Positions 52,943-63,513 of a stretch of 64,000 nt of DNA are shown piece after piece. The stretch spans positions 2,752,001 to 2,816,000 of the forward strand of contig OZ244070.1 of assembly GCA_965215605.1 (NCBI GenBank), given 5' to 3'. Under the pieces are notes generated by a model. It made no database searches and was not told where the DNA came from. It was given only the letters and a program-made list of their open reading frames with translations. Origin of the DNA: an uncultured Candidatus Binatia bacterium. Lineage in GTDB: Bacteria > Desulfobacterota > Binatia > UBA9968 > JAJDTQ01. A program made the position numbers and the translations under genes. How positions within the stretch are numbered: the first letter of the stretch is position 1; each line of letters begins with the position of its first letter.

Positions 52943-55153
52943 ATGCGCGATTCGACCCCCCCATACGATACCCTGCTGTACGGACGCGATGCGACGCAGG
53001 GGGTGGTGGGTGTGGAGCTCGACGGCAATCGCCACATCCGGATCTTCTCCAGGACCTTGTCCGGGGTGGCTTCCAGGACGGTTCCGTTCGAGCCGTTCTT
53101 CTGGTTGACGTCCGAGGACAGGATCGCAGGATGGAAGGGTCCGTGCCGGATCGAGCCGCTGTCGGGGACGGGCGTGTTCCGCCGGTTGGCCTGTTTCCCC
53201 GACGTCGAGAGCCTGGAGTCGGCGAAATCCTGGCTCCAGCGCAAGAGCGGCAGAAGCCTCGGTGCTCCCGGCTCGCCCTGTCTGTACCTTCGCGACCTCG
53301 TGCAACAGTATCTCCTTTGGTCCGGGACCACCCAGTTCCTCGGCATGGGCTTCGACCGCCTCGTCCGCATGCAGATCGACCTGGAGGTGTATCGCACGGA
53401 CGGGTTCGAGTTTCCCAATCCGCACCGGGAAGGTGACCGCATCACCGCCGTGGCCATGTCGGACAGCACCGGTTGGGAGCGTCTCATATCCGGCCGGGAA
53501 CACGACGAAGCCGGGATGCTGGCGGAAATGGTCCGGGAGATCCGTGCCCGCGACCCGGACGTGATCGAGGGCCACAACATCTTCCGCTTCGACCTGCCTT
53601 ACATTGAAGAGCGCGCGCGGCGGTACGGCGTGGACCTGACGGTCGGCCGGGACGGCAGCGTGCCCCGGCACGGCCGGGCGCGGTTCGAGGCCGGCGACCG
53701 GGTGATCCCGTATCCCGACTACGCCATCCACGGACGACATGTCATCGATACCTGGTTTCTCGCCCAGCGCTACAGCGAGGCGAATCCCGAGCTCAAGCGG
53801 AGCGGCCTCAAGGACGTGGCCCGCCATTTCGGTGTGGCCGCCCGGGACCGGACCTATATTCCGGGCGAAAAGGCGAGTTGGTACTTCGATCATGATCCCG
53901 ACACCCTGTTCCGCTACGCCCTCGACGACGTGCGCGAGACCCGGGCCATATCGGCGGTGCTGTCGCCGGGTTGCTACGTTGAAGCGCGGGCCTTTCCGTG
54001 CCGTTACCAGCAGACGGCGCTGGTGAACGGCCCGGCCAAGATCGAAGGCCTCCTGCTCAGGGAGTATCTTGCCCGGCGGCACTCCGTTCCCGCCCCGATG
54101 GCCCAGGAGCCGGTGCAAGCGAAGTACACGGCTCTGAAGGTCAGGGGGGTCTCGCGGCCGGTGATTCGTTGCGATGTCACGGCCGTGTACCCGGCGGTGA
54201 TGGCGGCCGGCGATTGCCGTCCGAGAACCGATGATCTCGGAGTCTTTCCCGAACTGCTGCGTGGGTTCCGGGAGTTGCTGGAACGAGCCGTGCCGGCGGC
54301 CGATGCCGCGCCCCCGGAGGATTCTTCCCGTTTCGTCGCCACGGCGCGTTCCGGCCTCAAGGCGGTGCTGGAGTCGTTCCAGGACTACCTGGCGTGGCCC
54401 GGGGGGCACTTCAACGACTTTGACGCCGCGGACCGTGTGATCCGAGCCGGCAGAGAGATCGTCCGCGGCCTGGCGGCGGGGCTGGAGGAACGCCACGCCC
54501 GGGTGGTCACGGTGGACGCCGGCGGCATCTACTTCGTCCCCCCGGCCGGGTGCGCCGGGGCTGCGGAAGCGCTGTTGGCGGCGGCCTCATCGTCGTTGCC
54601 CTGGAAGGTGGAGCTGCCCTTCGAGCGCTATCGGGCGGTCTTCTGCCGCGGGCCGGAGAATCACGCCTTGCTGGACGAGCACGACGATCTTTTCCTCGCT
54701 GGCCCCGATCTGAGCTTCCGCGGGCTCGAGCGCTACCGGCGCCAGTGGCTGGAGGAGATGCTCAGGCTCCTGCTGGAGGGGCGCAAGGGCGAGGTGACGG
54801 CGCTCTACGAGCGGTATCGCGAGGACATCACGAATCACCGCCTCGACCTGTCCCTGCTGAAGCGGACCGAAACCCTGCGGGAATCGCTCGACGACTACCA
54901 GATGAAGGTCAAGGGCGGGAAGCAGCATCCCCGCGGCGCCTACGAGGTAGCGCTCCGGTCGGACCGGGAGCACCTGCCCGGAGATCAGGTCTCCTGTTAC
55001 GTCGCCGGGGAAGGAGCCAACGTCATGGTAAACGAAAACTGCCGGCACGTCTCTGATTGGGATCCTGTCAGCCCCGACGAGAACGTGGATTACTACAAGG
55101 CCCGGCTCCGCGAACTGTACGAGCGGTTCGGCCCGTTCGTCGAGAACGAGTGA
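52943..55153 (+). CDS. Family B DNA polymerase-like protein with intact 3'-5' exonuclease and degenerate polymerase site
   Basis: Exo I DLE, Exo II GHNIFRFDLPY, Exo III YALDD; polymerase motifs altered to DVTAVYP, KAVLESFQDY and VDAGG. Confidence 0.85.
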   Translation: MRDSTPPYDTLLYGRDATQGVVGVELDGNRHIRIFSRTLSGVASRTVPFEPFFWLTSEDRIAGWKGPCRIEPLSGTGVFRRLACFPDVESLESAKSWLQRKSGRSLGAPGSPCLYLRDLVQQYLLWSGTTQFLGMGFDRLVRMQIDLEVYRTDGFEFPNPHREGDRITAVAMSDSTGWERLISGREHDEAGMLAEMVREIRARDPDVIEGHNIFRFDLPYIEERARRYGVDLTVGRDGSVPRHGRARFEAGDRVIPYPDYAIHGRHVIDTWFLAQRYSEANPELKRSGLKDVARHFGVAARDRTYIPGEKASWYFDHDPDTLFRYALDDVRETRAISAVLSPGCYVEARAFPCRYQQTALVNGPAKIEGLLLREYLARRHSVPAPMAQEPVQAKYTALKVRGVSRPVIRCDVTAVYPAVMAAGDCRPRTDDLGVFPELLRGFRELLERAVPAADAAPPEDSSRFVATARSGLKAVLESFQDYLAWPGGHFNDFDAADRVIRAGREIVRGLAAGLEERHARVVTVDAGGIYFVPPAGCAGAAEALLAAASSSLPWKVELPFERYRAVFCRGPENHALLDEHDDLFLAGPDLSFRGLERYRRQWLEEMLRLLLEGRKGEVTALYERYREDITNHRLDLSLLKRTETLRESLDDYQMKVKGGKQHPRGAYEVALRSDREHLPGDQVSCYVAGEGANVMVNENCRHVSDWDPVSPDENVDYYKARLRELYERFGPFVENE

Positions 55154-55175
55154 ACCGCGGCTCCGGCACTGTTCA

Positions 55176-55205
55176 TTGACCACGCGGCCCGTTACGGCCT
55201 ATAAT
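55176..55205 (+). promoter_or_regulatory. sigma70-like promoter
   Basis: TTGACC, 18 nt, TATAAT upstream of the 55250 gene. Confidence 0.55.
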
Positions 55206-55249
55206 ACGTAAGTTTCACGTTACGAGAGGCAGCAAACAGGAGGTGCTTG

Positions 55250-55939
55250 ATGGAGCTCGTTGAATTCTTACTGCGTTGGGTGCATTTGCTGGCTGGTGTC
55301 ACCTGGATAGGCTTGCTGTACTACTTCAACTTCGTTCAGACGCCGTTCTTCGCCGAGACCGAAGCAGGGACCCGCAGCGGCGCCATACAGAAGCTCGTGC
55401 CCCGGGCCCTTTGGTGGTTCCGCTGGGGCGCCATGTTTACCTTCCTGGCCGGCATTCTCATGTGGCTCATCAAGCTGGGGCAGTTCGGCGGGGACTTCTT
55501 CATCATCGGCTACGGCATGGCCATCACCATCGGCGGCACCATGGGAACCCTCATGTTCCTCAACGTGTGGCTGGTGATCTGGCCCAATCAGCAGGTGGTC
55601 ATCGCCTCCGCCAACAAGGTGGCCGAGGGCGGTGAGCCGCTTCCGGACGCGGCCAGCAAGGGCCAGTGGGCCGGGTTCGCCTCCCGTACCAACACGATGC
55701 TCTCCATCCCCATGCTGTTCCTCATGGGCGCGGCGAGCCACTATCCGCACGGCGAGTCCGGCGGCGGCGCAGCGGTTTTCTGGATCGTCAGCCTTGCGAT
55801 CATCGCCATCGTCGAGCTGAACGCGCTGGTGGGTAACGCGGGTGGAGGCACCAAGAAACTCCTGACGTCCATTCCGGGCGTGATCTGGAGCGGCATGGTC
55901 CTCACCGCGATCTTCTGGATTCTTCTGGAGATTGCGTAA
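55250..55939 (+). CDS. Membrane protein of the urate oxidase N-terminal (PuuD-like) family
   Basis: RWVHLLAGVTWIGLLYYFNF, WFRW, NVW.VIWPNQ, SRTNT.LSIP. Confidence 0.85.
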   Translation: MELVEFLLRWVHLLAGVTWIGLLYYFNFVQTPFFAETEAGTRSGAIQKLVPRALWWFRWGAMFTFLAGILMWLIKLGQFGGDFFIIGYGMAITIGGTMGTLMFLNVWLVIWPNQQVVIASANKVAEGGEPLPDAASKGQWAGFASRTNTMLSIPMLFLMGAASHYPHGESGGGAAVFWIVSLAIIAIVELNALVGNAGGGTKKLLTSIPGVIWSGMVLTAIFWILLEIA

Positions 55940-55944
55940 GCCCC

Positions 55945-56280
55945 CTACGGCTGCGTCAGATAAGCAGCGATGTCAGGAATCCTTTTTCTCAGTTGGGGGT
56001 AGGTGGGCATGGCCTTGGTCGTCCGTTGGGGCTTGTAGTCCGGCGGGTAAGTCTTGCGCAGGACCTTGGCCTCCAGCAACTCCACTGACGATCCCTTGAT
56101 CGGCGGCCCCTGGGAGCCCGGCTTGCCCGGATCGGCATTGTGACACACGATGCAGGTCGCGAGGTAAAGCCGCCTCCCTCGGGCCGGATCCGGTCCCGTT
56201 ACTTCCTCACGCTTCTCGCCGCAGGCGCTCAACAGCGCCGGGACAAGGAAAGCCGCCAGTATCAAACCGAGTCTGCGCAT
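55945..56280 (-). CDS. Monoheme cytochrome c lipoprotein
   Basis: Lipobox LSAC, CIVCH, GPP, distal MP. Confidence 0.85.
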   Translation of the reverse strand: MRRLGLILAAFLVPALLSACGEKREEVTGPDPARGRRLYLATCIVCHNADPGKPGSQGPPIKGSSVELLEAKVLRKTYPPDYKPQRTTKAMPTYPQLRKRIPDIAAYLTQP

Positions 56281-56332
56281 TTCTTCGTCGAATTCCTTGC
56301 CATTTCCCTCCGCCCTTCCCGCTCTCCCCTCC

Positions 56333-56440
56333 GCCATTCCCGCGGAAACGGGAACCAGGGGCGCTACAGCGACGTTTCCCCGCCTCGCCCACCTGGATTC
56401 CCGCCTTCACGGGAATGACGGAGGGGAGAGCGGAAATGAC
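56333..56440. repeat. REP-like cluster (TTCCCGC/GGGAATGAC family)
   Basis: CCATTCCCGCGGAAACGGGAACC and CTGGATTCCCGCCTTCACGGGAATGACGG, flanked by TTCCCGCTCTCCCCTCCG / CGGAGGGGAGAGCGGAA arms. Confidence 0.75.
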
Positions 56441-56468
56441 GATCCGGTTGTGGTTGCCGCGGAGGGGG

Positions 56469-57836
56469 CTAGTCGGCGGCCACCGGCTCGCGCATGGTCA
56501 CGAACTCTTCCGCGGCGGTGGGATGTATCCCGATGGTCCGGTCGAAGTCGGCCTTGGTGGCGTTGCAGGTGAGCGCCACGGCCAGTCCCTGAATGATCTC
56601 GCCGGCGTCGGCCCCCACCATGTGGCAGCCCACGACCCTGTCGCCGGCACGTTCCACGATGAGCTTCATCATGGTCTGTTCGTCCCGTCCGGACAGGGTG
56701 TGCTTGAGCGGCCTGAAAGCGGACCGGTAGACGTCCACCTCGCCACAGTGCTCCCGGGCAGCTTCCTCGGTGTATCCCACCGTTCCCACCGGCGGCTGGC
56801 TGAAGACCGCGGACGGGATGTTCCGGTAGTCCATTGGCCCGACGTCGCCCTTGAAAAGCACCCGGGCCAGGATCATGGCCTCGGCAATGGCTACGGGGGT
56901 AAGCTTGACCCGGTCCGTGACATCGCCGAGCGCGTAGACCGACGGGACGTTGGTCTGGAAATTCTCGTCGACCACCACCGCGCCGTTGCGGGCGAGCTCG
57001 ACGCCGAACTCCTCGATGCCCAGGCCGCGGGTATTGGGCAGCCGGCCGGTGGCGAACATGACCGCGTCGGCCTCCAGCGTCTGGCCGTCCTTCAGGGTGG
57101 CCGTCAGGTTCTTGCCGTCCCGCTCGATGCCGGCGATATCCGCGTTGAACCGGAGGTCGACGCCCTTCTTGCGCATCTCGCCGGCAAGAGTGTTCCGGAC
57201 GTCGATATCGAACCCGCGCATGAACAGCGGGCCACGATAGAGCTGGGTGACCTCGGCGCCAAGGCCGTTGAAAATGCCGGCGAACTCCACGGCGATGTAG
57301 CCGCCGCCCACGATGACCACACGCCGGGGCATCTCCTTGAGTTGGAACGCCTCGTTGGAGGTGATGGCGTGCTCCTTGCCAGGGACGTTCGGAACCGTTG
57401 GCCAGCCGCCGGTGGCCACGAGAATGTTGGCGGCGGTGACCTTCTTGCCCGCCACCTCCACGGTATGCGGGTCCAGCACCCGGGCCCGGGACTCGAACAG
57501 CTCGACTCCGTGGCTCTGAAGGAGGCCGCGGTAGATCGAGTTGAGGCGCGCTATCTCCTCGTCCTTGTTCCGGATCAGCGACGGCCAGTCGAAAACGCGC
57601 TCGCCCACGGTCCAGCCGAAGCCGGCGGCGTCCTCGAAGTCGTCGCCGAAGTGGGAGCCGTAGACCAGCAGCTTCTTGGGGATGCAGCCGACATTGACGC
57701 AGGTGCCGCCCAGATAGCGTTCCTCCGCCACCGCCACCCGGGCGCCGTAGGCCGCCGACATGCGGCTGGCGCGCACGCCCCCCGAGCCCGCGCCGATGGT
57801 GAACAGATCGAAGTCGTAGCTTTTTTCCGAGCTCAA
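56469..57836 (-). CDS. gor: Glutathione-disulfide reductase
   Basis: [39 protein letters not shown]. Confidence 0.96.
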   Translation of the reverse strand: MSSEKSYDFDLFTIGAGSGGVRASRMSAAYGARVAVAEERYLGGTCVNVGCIPKKLLVYGSHFGDDFEDAAGFGWTVGERVFDWPSLIRNKDEEIARLNSIYRGLLQSHGVELFESRARVLDPHTVEVAGKKVTAANILVATGGWPTVPNVPGKEHAITSNEAFQLKEMPRRVVIVGGGYIAVEFAGIFNGLGAEVTQLYRGPLFMRGFDIDVRNTLAGEMRKKGVDLRFNADIAGIERDGKNLTATLKDGQTLEADAVMFATGRLPNTRGLGIEEFGVELARNGAVVVDENFQTNVPSVYALGDVTDRVKLTPVAIAEAMILARVLFKGDVGPMDYRNIPSAVFSQPPVGTVGYTEEAAREHCGEVDVYRSAFRPLKHTLSGRDEQTMMKLIVERAGDRVVGCHMVGADAGEIIQGLAVALTCNATKADFDRTIGIHPTAAEEFVTMREPVAAD

Positions 57837-58744
57837 AGGATGCCTCCCTCCGGCGACTGATGGAACAGAAAGGACGCCCCCAGGGCTACCGCTCCCGGCA
57901 CCCGCAGAGCGTCGTTGTCCGGAGTCTCGTAGGGGATGCCGGCCTCGTCAAGGTGGCGGCGGGTGGCCGCGAGATCGTCGATGCGCATAGACACCTCGGC
58001 GATATAGGGGGTGCAGGGCAACTCCCGTTCCGGGTAGAGCGTGCGAAAGCGCCCGGCCTGGACGAAGACGACTCTTCCTTCCTGGAGCCCCATCTCCCAG
58101 GTGCCGGCCTTCTCCACCGGCTCCACGCCGACGAAGCGGCAGAAGCGCTCGGCCGCCTCCCGCGGATCGTCCACGCACACCAGCACGCCGGTGAGCGCGG
58201 CGACGCCGTTGGGCTGGTGCTGGTAGCGGGGCTGCCATACCAGTTCCGGCGTGTGGTGGGTGACGATCTGGATGCGGCCCTCCGGCATCGCCTCCGGCGG
58301 CACCCGGATGACCGAGAAACGGCAGGTCTCCTCTCCCGTGTCCGTGGGCACCGGTCGCGCCAGTCGCACCAGCGGCAGCGGCCTGAAACCGTCCCGGTCG
58401 ATGCGTTCGTGGTTTTCCTCGGGCTGGTTGGCCGCGAACGCGATCAGGTGCCATCCCGGATAGCGGTCGAGCTGCGCCCGGAGCTGGCGCGAAAGCGGCG
58501 TGTCCACGGTGGGTCCGAGCATCTCGAGGTAGCCCTGGCGGAAGATGGCGCACTGGTTGCCGGTGCCGCTGGGGGTGGGCGCCACGCCGGGCTCGGTGCT
58601 GGCCATGTGCGCCACGAACGGCGTCAGGGAAAACCCCATCTCCTGGAGCCTCCGGGGGGAGACGTCGAAGTCCGGGACGAAAAGCCCCACGTGGTCGAGG
58701 TAGACCTCATGTCCCTCCGGGACGAGCCTGCTAGCCGCCATCAA
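57833..58744 (-). CDS. VOC/glyoxalase-like protein
   Basis: LDHVG, GF.LTP, GTGN, GYLE, H.TPELVW, PNG. Confidence 0.82.
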   Translation of the reverse strand: MMAASRLVPEGHEVYLDHVGLFVPDFDVSPRRLQEMGFSLTPFVAHMASTEPGVAPTPSGTGNQCAIFRQGYLEMLGPTVDTPLSRQLRAQLDRYPGWHLIAFAANQPEENHERIDRDGFRPLPLVRLARPVPTDTGEETCRFSVIRVPPEAMPEGRIQIVTHHTPELVWQPRYQHQPNGVAALTGVLVCVDDPREAAERFCRFVGVEPVEKAGTWEMGLQEGRVVFVQAGRFRTLYPERELPCTPYIAEVSMRIDDLAATRRHLDEAGIPYETPDNDALRVPGAVALGASFLFHQSPEGGIL

Positions 58745-58756
58745 CGCTCCATGGGT

Positions 58757-59635
58757 TCAGGATTTGGCCACAACCTCTGTCAACCGGTCGAACTGGTCCG
58801 GCGCCAGGGTCGCGGGCTTGAAGATCAACTCGTCGGTGCCCAGTTCCCGATGCAACGCAATGGCGTTGCGGATGGCCTCGGGGGTGGAGAGGTTGGCCCG
58901 GGCCAGGCGGGCCTCGAGGCGCGCGGGATCGCCGCCGTAGTAGTCCCCGAACGCGCCCCGCAGGGCTTCCTCCGCCCCCGGTCCCAGCGCCGCCAGCACC
59001 GACGCGACGATGCGCGGGCGGCCGCCCCGGCCGTGGCGCTGCCACGAGTCATTCACCTGTTGGAGGACGCCCCTGGCCCACTCCGGGTCCAGCGCCCCGC
59101 CTCCCATGACGTAGCCGTCGGCGTATTTTCCCACCCGGTCCAGCGCCCGCGGCGCGGTGCCGCCGATGAGAAGCTCCGGGCCGCCGGCCTGGGCCGCCTC
59201 GGGCCCCACGGGCCGCTGCGCGCCATTGACGACTTCCCCGCGCCAGATCCGGCGCATGAGCTCGAGTTGACGATTGAAGCGGCGGCCGCGGTCGTGAAAA
59301 CCGGAAGGAGCCACCATGGAGTCATCCTCGCGGCTCCCCACGGCGATGCCGAGGCTGAGCCGTCCGCCGGAGATGGCGTCGATGGTGGCCGTCTGCTTGG
59401 CCAGCACGCCGGCCCGTCGCAGCGGCCCCACCAGCACCGCGGTCATGAGCCGTATGCGCCGGGTGGCGGAAGCGAGGGCGGCCAGCATGATGAGCGGCTC
59501 GTAGTTGTCGTAGGCCAGCCGGTCGATGACCGCGAAGCTCGAGTAGGGACCCTGGTCCGCCTTGCGCGCCAGCGCCGCCACGGCCGGCCAGCTATCCCTG
59601 GAGGTTTTGAATGGCAGTCCGATGCCTATCTTCAC
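58757..59635 (-). CDS. LLM-class oxidoreductase
   Basis: IDRLAYDNYEP, IRLMTAVL, IDAISGGR, GGP.LLIGG; GTG start inferred. Confidence 0.87.
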   Translation of the reverse strand: MKIGIGLPFKTSRDSWPAVAALARKADQGPYSSFAVIDRLAYDNYEPLIMLAALASATRRIRLMTAVLVGPLRRAGVLAKQTATIDAISGGRLSLGIAVGSREDDSMVAPSGFHDRGRRFNRQLELMRRIWRGEVVNGAQRPVGPEAAQAGGPELLIGGTAPRALDRVGKYADGYVMGGGALDPEWARGVLQQVNDSWQRHGRGGRPRIVASVLAALGPGAEEALRGAFGDYYGGDPARLEARLARANLSTPEAIRNAIALHRELGTDELIFKPATLAPDQFDRLTEVVAKS

Positions 59636-59842
59636 GGTGTCTGCTGGCTCCCTTCGGGCGTTCGACGGGGCCAAAAGCCCCTGAATCAAACGTATCCAAT
59701 ACCAAGGACTCCCGCAACTCGGACCCGTCGCCCGGGACCCCCAAACGGTTGACGCGGCTGGTGCAAAAAGTGATATTCAGGCTTCGAATCGGAATGAGCC
59801 TCGAACTTCGAGGGCGCTTCAAAGCTTGGGGAGGAGCACCGC

Positions 59843-60358
59843 GTGGCCGATGATCCCGGACCCGCACTGATACTCGAAGGCCTCAAGGAGGCGGGCGTCG
59901 ATCTTGTCGCGACCCTGCCCGACATCAACCTCCACGCGCTGCTGGAGCGGGTGGCGACGGATCCGGACATCACCCACGTGCCTCTCTGCCGCGAGGAGGA
60001 AGGCGTCGGCATCTGCACCGGCGGCTATCTCGTGGGCAAGAAGTGCGCGCTGATCATGCAGAACGGCGGGCTGTTCAACAGCGTCAACGGCATCGTTTCC
60101 ACACTGCTGCAATACAACCTGCCGCTGCTCCTGTTGATTTACTATGCCGGGGACGTGGGCGACCGTTCGTTCAGCACCAACGGCGCCATGACCCAGCCGG
60201 TCCTGGACGCGCTCGGCATCCGCCATTTCATTCTGCGGGACCCGGCCGAGGCCAAGACGCTGATCAAGCGGACCCAGGTGCTGACCCAGGACTACAAGCG
60301 GCCCGTGGCCGTGTTGCTTACCAAGGACGTGCTGGGCCGGCGGCGCCCGGGAGAATAA
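59843..60358 (+). CDS. ThDP-dependent decarboxylase alpha subunit (sulfopyruvate decarboxylase ComD-like)
   Basis: LPD, REEEGVGI, MQNGG. Confidence 0.85.
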   Translation: MADDPGPALILEGLKEAGVDLVATLPDINLHALLERVATDPDITHVPLCREEEGVGICTGGYLVGKKCALIMQNGGLFNSVNGIVSTLLQYNLPLLLLIYYAGDVGDRSFSTNGAMTQPVLDALGIRHFILRDPAEAKTLIKRTQVLTQDYKRPVAVLLTKDVLGRRRPGE

Positions 60359-60384
60359 CGGACGCGGCGGGGACGGATGAATCC

Positions 60385-60996
60385 ATGAAACGCATTGAAT
60401 GTTTCAAGGTCATGGCGGATTTGGCGGGGGACGCCCTGGTGGTGACCGGCGCCGGCGGCAATACCGTCGAATGGTACGCGTGCCGGCCGGGCGACGGCAA
60501 CTTCCGTGTCCGGACCATGGGGCTGGTCTCCTCCATCGCCCTGGGCATGGCCCTGGGGCTGCCGCACCGGCGGGTCATCGCCATCGACGGCGACGGCTCG
60601 CTCCTCATGAACCTGTGCAGCCTGCCCACCATCGCGCGCAAGAACCCGCCCAACCTGACCCACGTGGTGCTGGACAACCAGGTCTACGAGGCTTCCGGGG
60701 AGATCGATACGGCCACCGGGGCGGGTGCCGACCTCGTCGGCATGGCGCAGGCGGCCGGAATCCGCAGAGCCTCCTGGGCGGAAAGTCCGGACGAGCTGCG
60801 GACGCTCTTCGCCGAGGCGCTGGAAGGCCGGGACGCCACTTTCATCGGACTCAAGGTGGAGACGTCCCGCAGCGAGGTGCCGCCGTATCCCATGGACGAG
60901 GTGGAGAACAAGTACCGGTTCATCCGTCATGTGGAGCAGACCGAGGGCATGAACATTCTCAGCATGCCCATGCCGGTCAGCTTTCTGAAGGATTGA
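60385..60996 (+). CDS. ThDP-dependent decarboxylase beta subunit (ComE-like)
   Basis: MGLVSSIALG, GDGSLLMN...DN ThDP motif. Confidence 0.87.
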   Translation: MKRIECFKVMADLAGDALVVTGAGGNTVEWYACRPGDGNFRVRTMGLVSSIALGMALGLPHRRVIAIDGDGSLLMNLCSLPTIARKNPPNLTHVVLDNQVYEASGEIDTATGAGADLVGMAQAAGIRRASWAESPDELRTLFAEALEGRDATFIGLKVETSRSEVPPYPMDEVENKYRFIRHVEQTEGMNILSMPMPVSFLKD

Positions 60997-61036
60997 ACCA
61001 CAGACCGACACCGTAAAGCACCATCGAGGCTGCAAC

Positions 61037-62035
61037 ATGAACATCGACTGTCATGCGCATTACGTACCGCCGGCCGTGTTGGAACGGCTCCGCAAGGACG
61101 GCTCGTCCTTCGGGGTGGAGGTGGGGGAGGAGACGCCCGCGGGGCCGCGCCTGCGGCTGGGGGGCAGGCCCCTGGCCCGGCCCATCCTGGCGCCGGCCAC
61201 GGACCTGCCGAAGCGGGTCCATACCGTGCACGAGACCCGTCTGGACCGGCAGATCCTGTCCGCGTGGATGGACATCGTGGGCTACATGCTGCCGGTGGAG
61301 CAGGCGGTTGGCTGGAGCCGCATGCTGAACGACGCCATGCGCGAGGCGCTGGCGGACGGCGACAAGGACGGGCTGTTCCGGGGCACGGCCACCGTGCCGC
61401 TCCAGGACGGCGCGCGGGCCGCGGAAGAGCTGGAGTATGCGGTGAAGGAGTGCGGGCTCATGGGCGCCATGATCGGCTCCAACGTTGACGGCGCGAACCT
61501 CGACGATCCGGGGCTGGAACCTTTCTGGAGAACCGCCGAGCGTCTTGAGGTGCCGCTCATCATCCACCCCTTGAACCCCTTGGGCATCGACCGGCTGGGC
61601 AAGTATTTTCTGACCCACATCGTGGGCCTGCTGGCCGACACCACGGTGGGCGTGGCGTGCCTCTACTTCGGCGGCGTGCTGGACCGCTTCCCGGACCTGA
61701 AGATCATCCTCTGTCACGGCGGGGGTTTCCTGCCGTACCAGTTCGGCCGCATGACCCGCGGCCGGGAGATCCAGCCGGAGATCCAGAAAAACACGGCGAT
61801 GATGGGCCGGGACGTGCTGCGCTGGTTCTACTACGACACCATCGTGTTCGAGCCGGACGTGCTGGAGTTCCTGATAGCCGAGGTGGGCGCCGAGCACGTG
61901 CTGCTGGGCAGCGACTGCCCGTTCGGCATCGGCGACCTCAGGCCGCTGGATATCATCGACAGGATTCGTCTGGACCAGGCCGACAAGGACAAGATCCTGG
62001 GCGGCAACGCGGAGCGGCTGTTCGGCACGGACTGA
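61037..62035 (+). CDS. Amidohydrolase_2 family (ACMSD-like metal-dependent decarboxylase/hydratase)
   Basis: DCHAH, IHP, HGGG, YDT, GSDCPF. Confidence 0.88.
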   Translation: MNIDCHAHYVPPAVLERLRKDGSSFGVEVGEETPAGPRLRLGGRPLARPILAPATDLPKRVHTVHETRLDRQILSAWMDIVGYMLPVEQAVGWSRMLNDAMREALADGDKDGLFRGTATVPLQDGARAAEELEYAVKECGLMGAMIGSNVDGANLDDPGLEPFWRTAERLEVPLIIHPLNPLGIDRLGKYFLTHIVGLLADTTVGVACLYFGGVLDRFPDLKIILCHGGGFLPYQFGRMTRGREIQPEIQKNTAMMGRDVLRWFYYDTIVFEPDVLEFLIAEVGAEHVLLGSDCPFGIGDLRPLDIIDRIRLDQADKDKILGGNAERLFGTD

Positions 62036-62070
62036 TCGCCGCCCGCCGGTAGCGACAACGGAGACACCGT

Positions 62071-63426
62071 ATGAAGGACCTGCGGTCGTTCATGGAGCGT
62101 CTGGAAGACGAGGGCCCCGAGGAACTGCTGCACATCCGCAAGCCGGTGCGGCCCGAGCACGACGTCACCAGCCTGCTGATGGAGCTGGAGTCCTCCGGCC
62201 GCTACCCCACTCTTTACGTGCACGAGGTGCAGGGCTTCTCGATGCCCGTGATCACCAACCTCCACGCCACCCGCAGCCGTTTGGCCATGGCGCTGGACGT
62301 GGACGCCAACGATCTGGTGGAGGAGTACCGCCGGCGGGAAGCCAGCCCGGTGGAGCCCGGCCTGGTCGGGGACGGGCCGGTCAGGGAGGTGGTGCGGACA
62401 GGGGCGGACGTGGACCTGGGCGAGATCCCGCTGTTGACCCACTTCGACATCAGCACCGCCCCCTACGTGACCGCGGGCATCGTCGTCGCCAGGGATCCCG
62501 TGAGCGGGGTGCGGAACCTCAGCTTCAACCGGGCCATGATGGTGGAGCGGAACCGGCTGCGCATGCACCTCGCGCCCGGGATGCACCTGATGCGCTGCGC
62601 GCGCAACGCCGAGGAGAGGGGCGAACCGCTGGACATCGCCTTCATCGTGGGGGTCCATCCGGCCTTTGCCATCGGCGCCCTGTCGCTGGCACCCTTCGAC
62701 GTGGACGAGTACGAGGTCATCGGCGGCATGATGGAGCAGCCGGTGCCGCTGGTGCGGTGCCAGACCGTTCCCCTCGAGGTCCCGGCCCACGCGGAGATGG
62801 TGTTCGAGGGGCGGATCCTGCCCAACGTGCGCGAGGAGGAGGGGCCCTTCGGCGAGTTCACCGGCCACGCGGTGGGGGTGCGCAGGAACCACGTGGCCGA
62901 GATCACCGGCGTCACGTCGCGGGGAAAACCCCTCTACCAGGATATTTTCACCGGCCACTCGGAGCAGCGGCTCATGGGTTCCATCCCCCGGGAGGCGGCG
63001 ATCTTCAGGGCGGTGAAGGCGGTGGCCGGCGGCACCCGGGCGGTGCACATGCCGCCCTCCGGCAACTGCCGGTTCCACTGTTACATTTCCCTGGACAAGC
63101 GCTCCGACGGCGAAGTCCGCAACGCGGTGATGGCGGCCATGGCCACCGACCTCTATCTGAAGCTGGTGATCGTAGTGGACGGCGACGTGAACGTCTACAA
63201 CGAGCGCGACGTGATGTGGGCGGTGGCCAATCGTGTGCAGGCCGATGCCGATACGCTGGTCATTCCCCGTTGCCAGGGCTCGGAGACCGATCCGTCCAGC
63301 GGCCAAGGGGGCTTGACGGCCAAGATGGTCATCGACGCCACCAAGAAACGGAAGGACTTCCCCAAGCGGCTCGCCGTGCCCGACGCGGTGCGCGAACGGG
63401 TCCGGTTGGAGGATTACGTCGGATAA
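62071..63426 (+). CDS. UbiD-family (de)carboxylase, second paralog
   Basis: NLSFNR, EEEGPFGEF, VDGDV, WAVANR, IDAT. Confidence 0.92.
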   Translation: MKDLRSFMERLEDEGPEELLHIRKPVRPEHDVTSLLMELESSGRYPTLYVHEVQGFSMPVITNLHATRSRLAMALDVDANDLVEEYRRREASPVEPGLVGDGPVREVVRTGADVDLGEIPLLTHFDISTAPYVTAGIVVARDPVSGVRNLSFNRAMMVERNRLRMHLAPGMHLMRCARNAEERGEPLDIAFIVGVHPAFAIGALSLAPFDVDEYEVIGGMMEQPVPLVRCQTVPLEVPAHAEMVFEGRILPNVREEEGPFGEFTGHAVGVRRNHVAEITGVTSRGKPLYQDIFTGHSEQRLMGSIPREAAIFRAVKAVAGGTRAVHMPPSGNCRFHCYISLDKRSDGEVRNAVMAAMATDLYLKLVIVVDGDVNVYNERDVMWAVANRVQADADTLVIPRCQGSETDPSSGQGGLTAKMVIDATKKRKDFPKRLAVPDAVRERVRLEDYVG

Positions 63427-63457
63427 CACGGCGGGGGCGCCTTACCGGCCCACGCCC

Positions 63458-63487
63458 CTGGACCCCGGATCAAGTCCGGGATGACGG
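63458..63487. repeat. REP-like palindrome
   Basis: CTGGACCCCGGATCAAGTCCGGGATGACGG, same family as 9588. Confidence 0.75.
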
Positions 63488-63513
63488 CCTGGGGGTTGTC
63501 AAGGAGGTACACG

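Noticed and set aside
56300-56440. Clustered short repeats considered as a CRISPR array
   Set aside because: They are inverted REP-type elements without regular repeat-spacer periodicity, and no cas genes are present.
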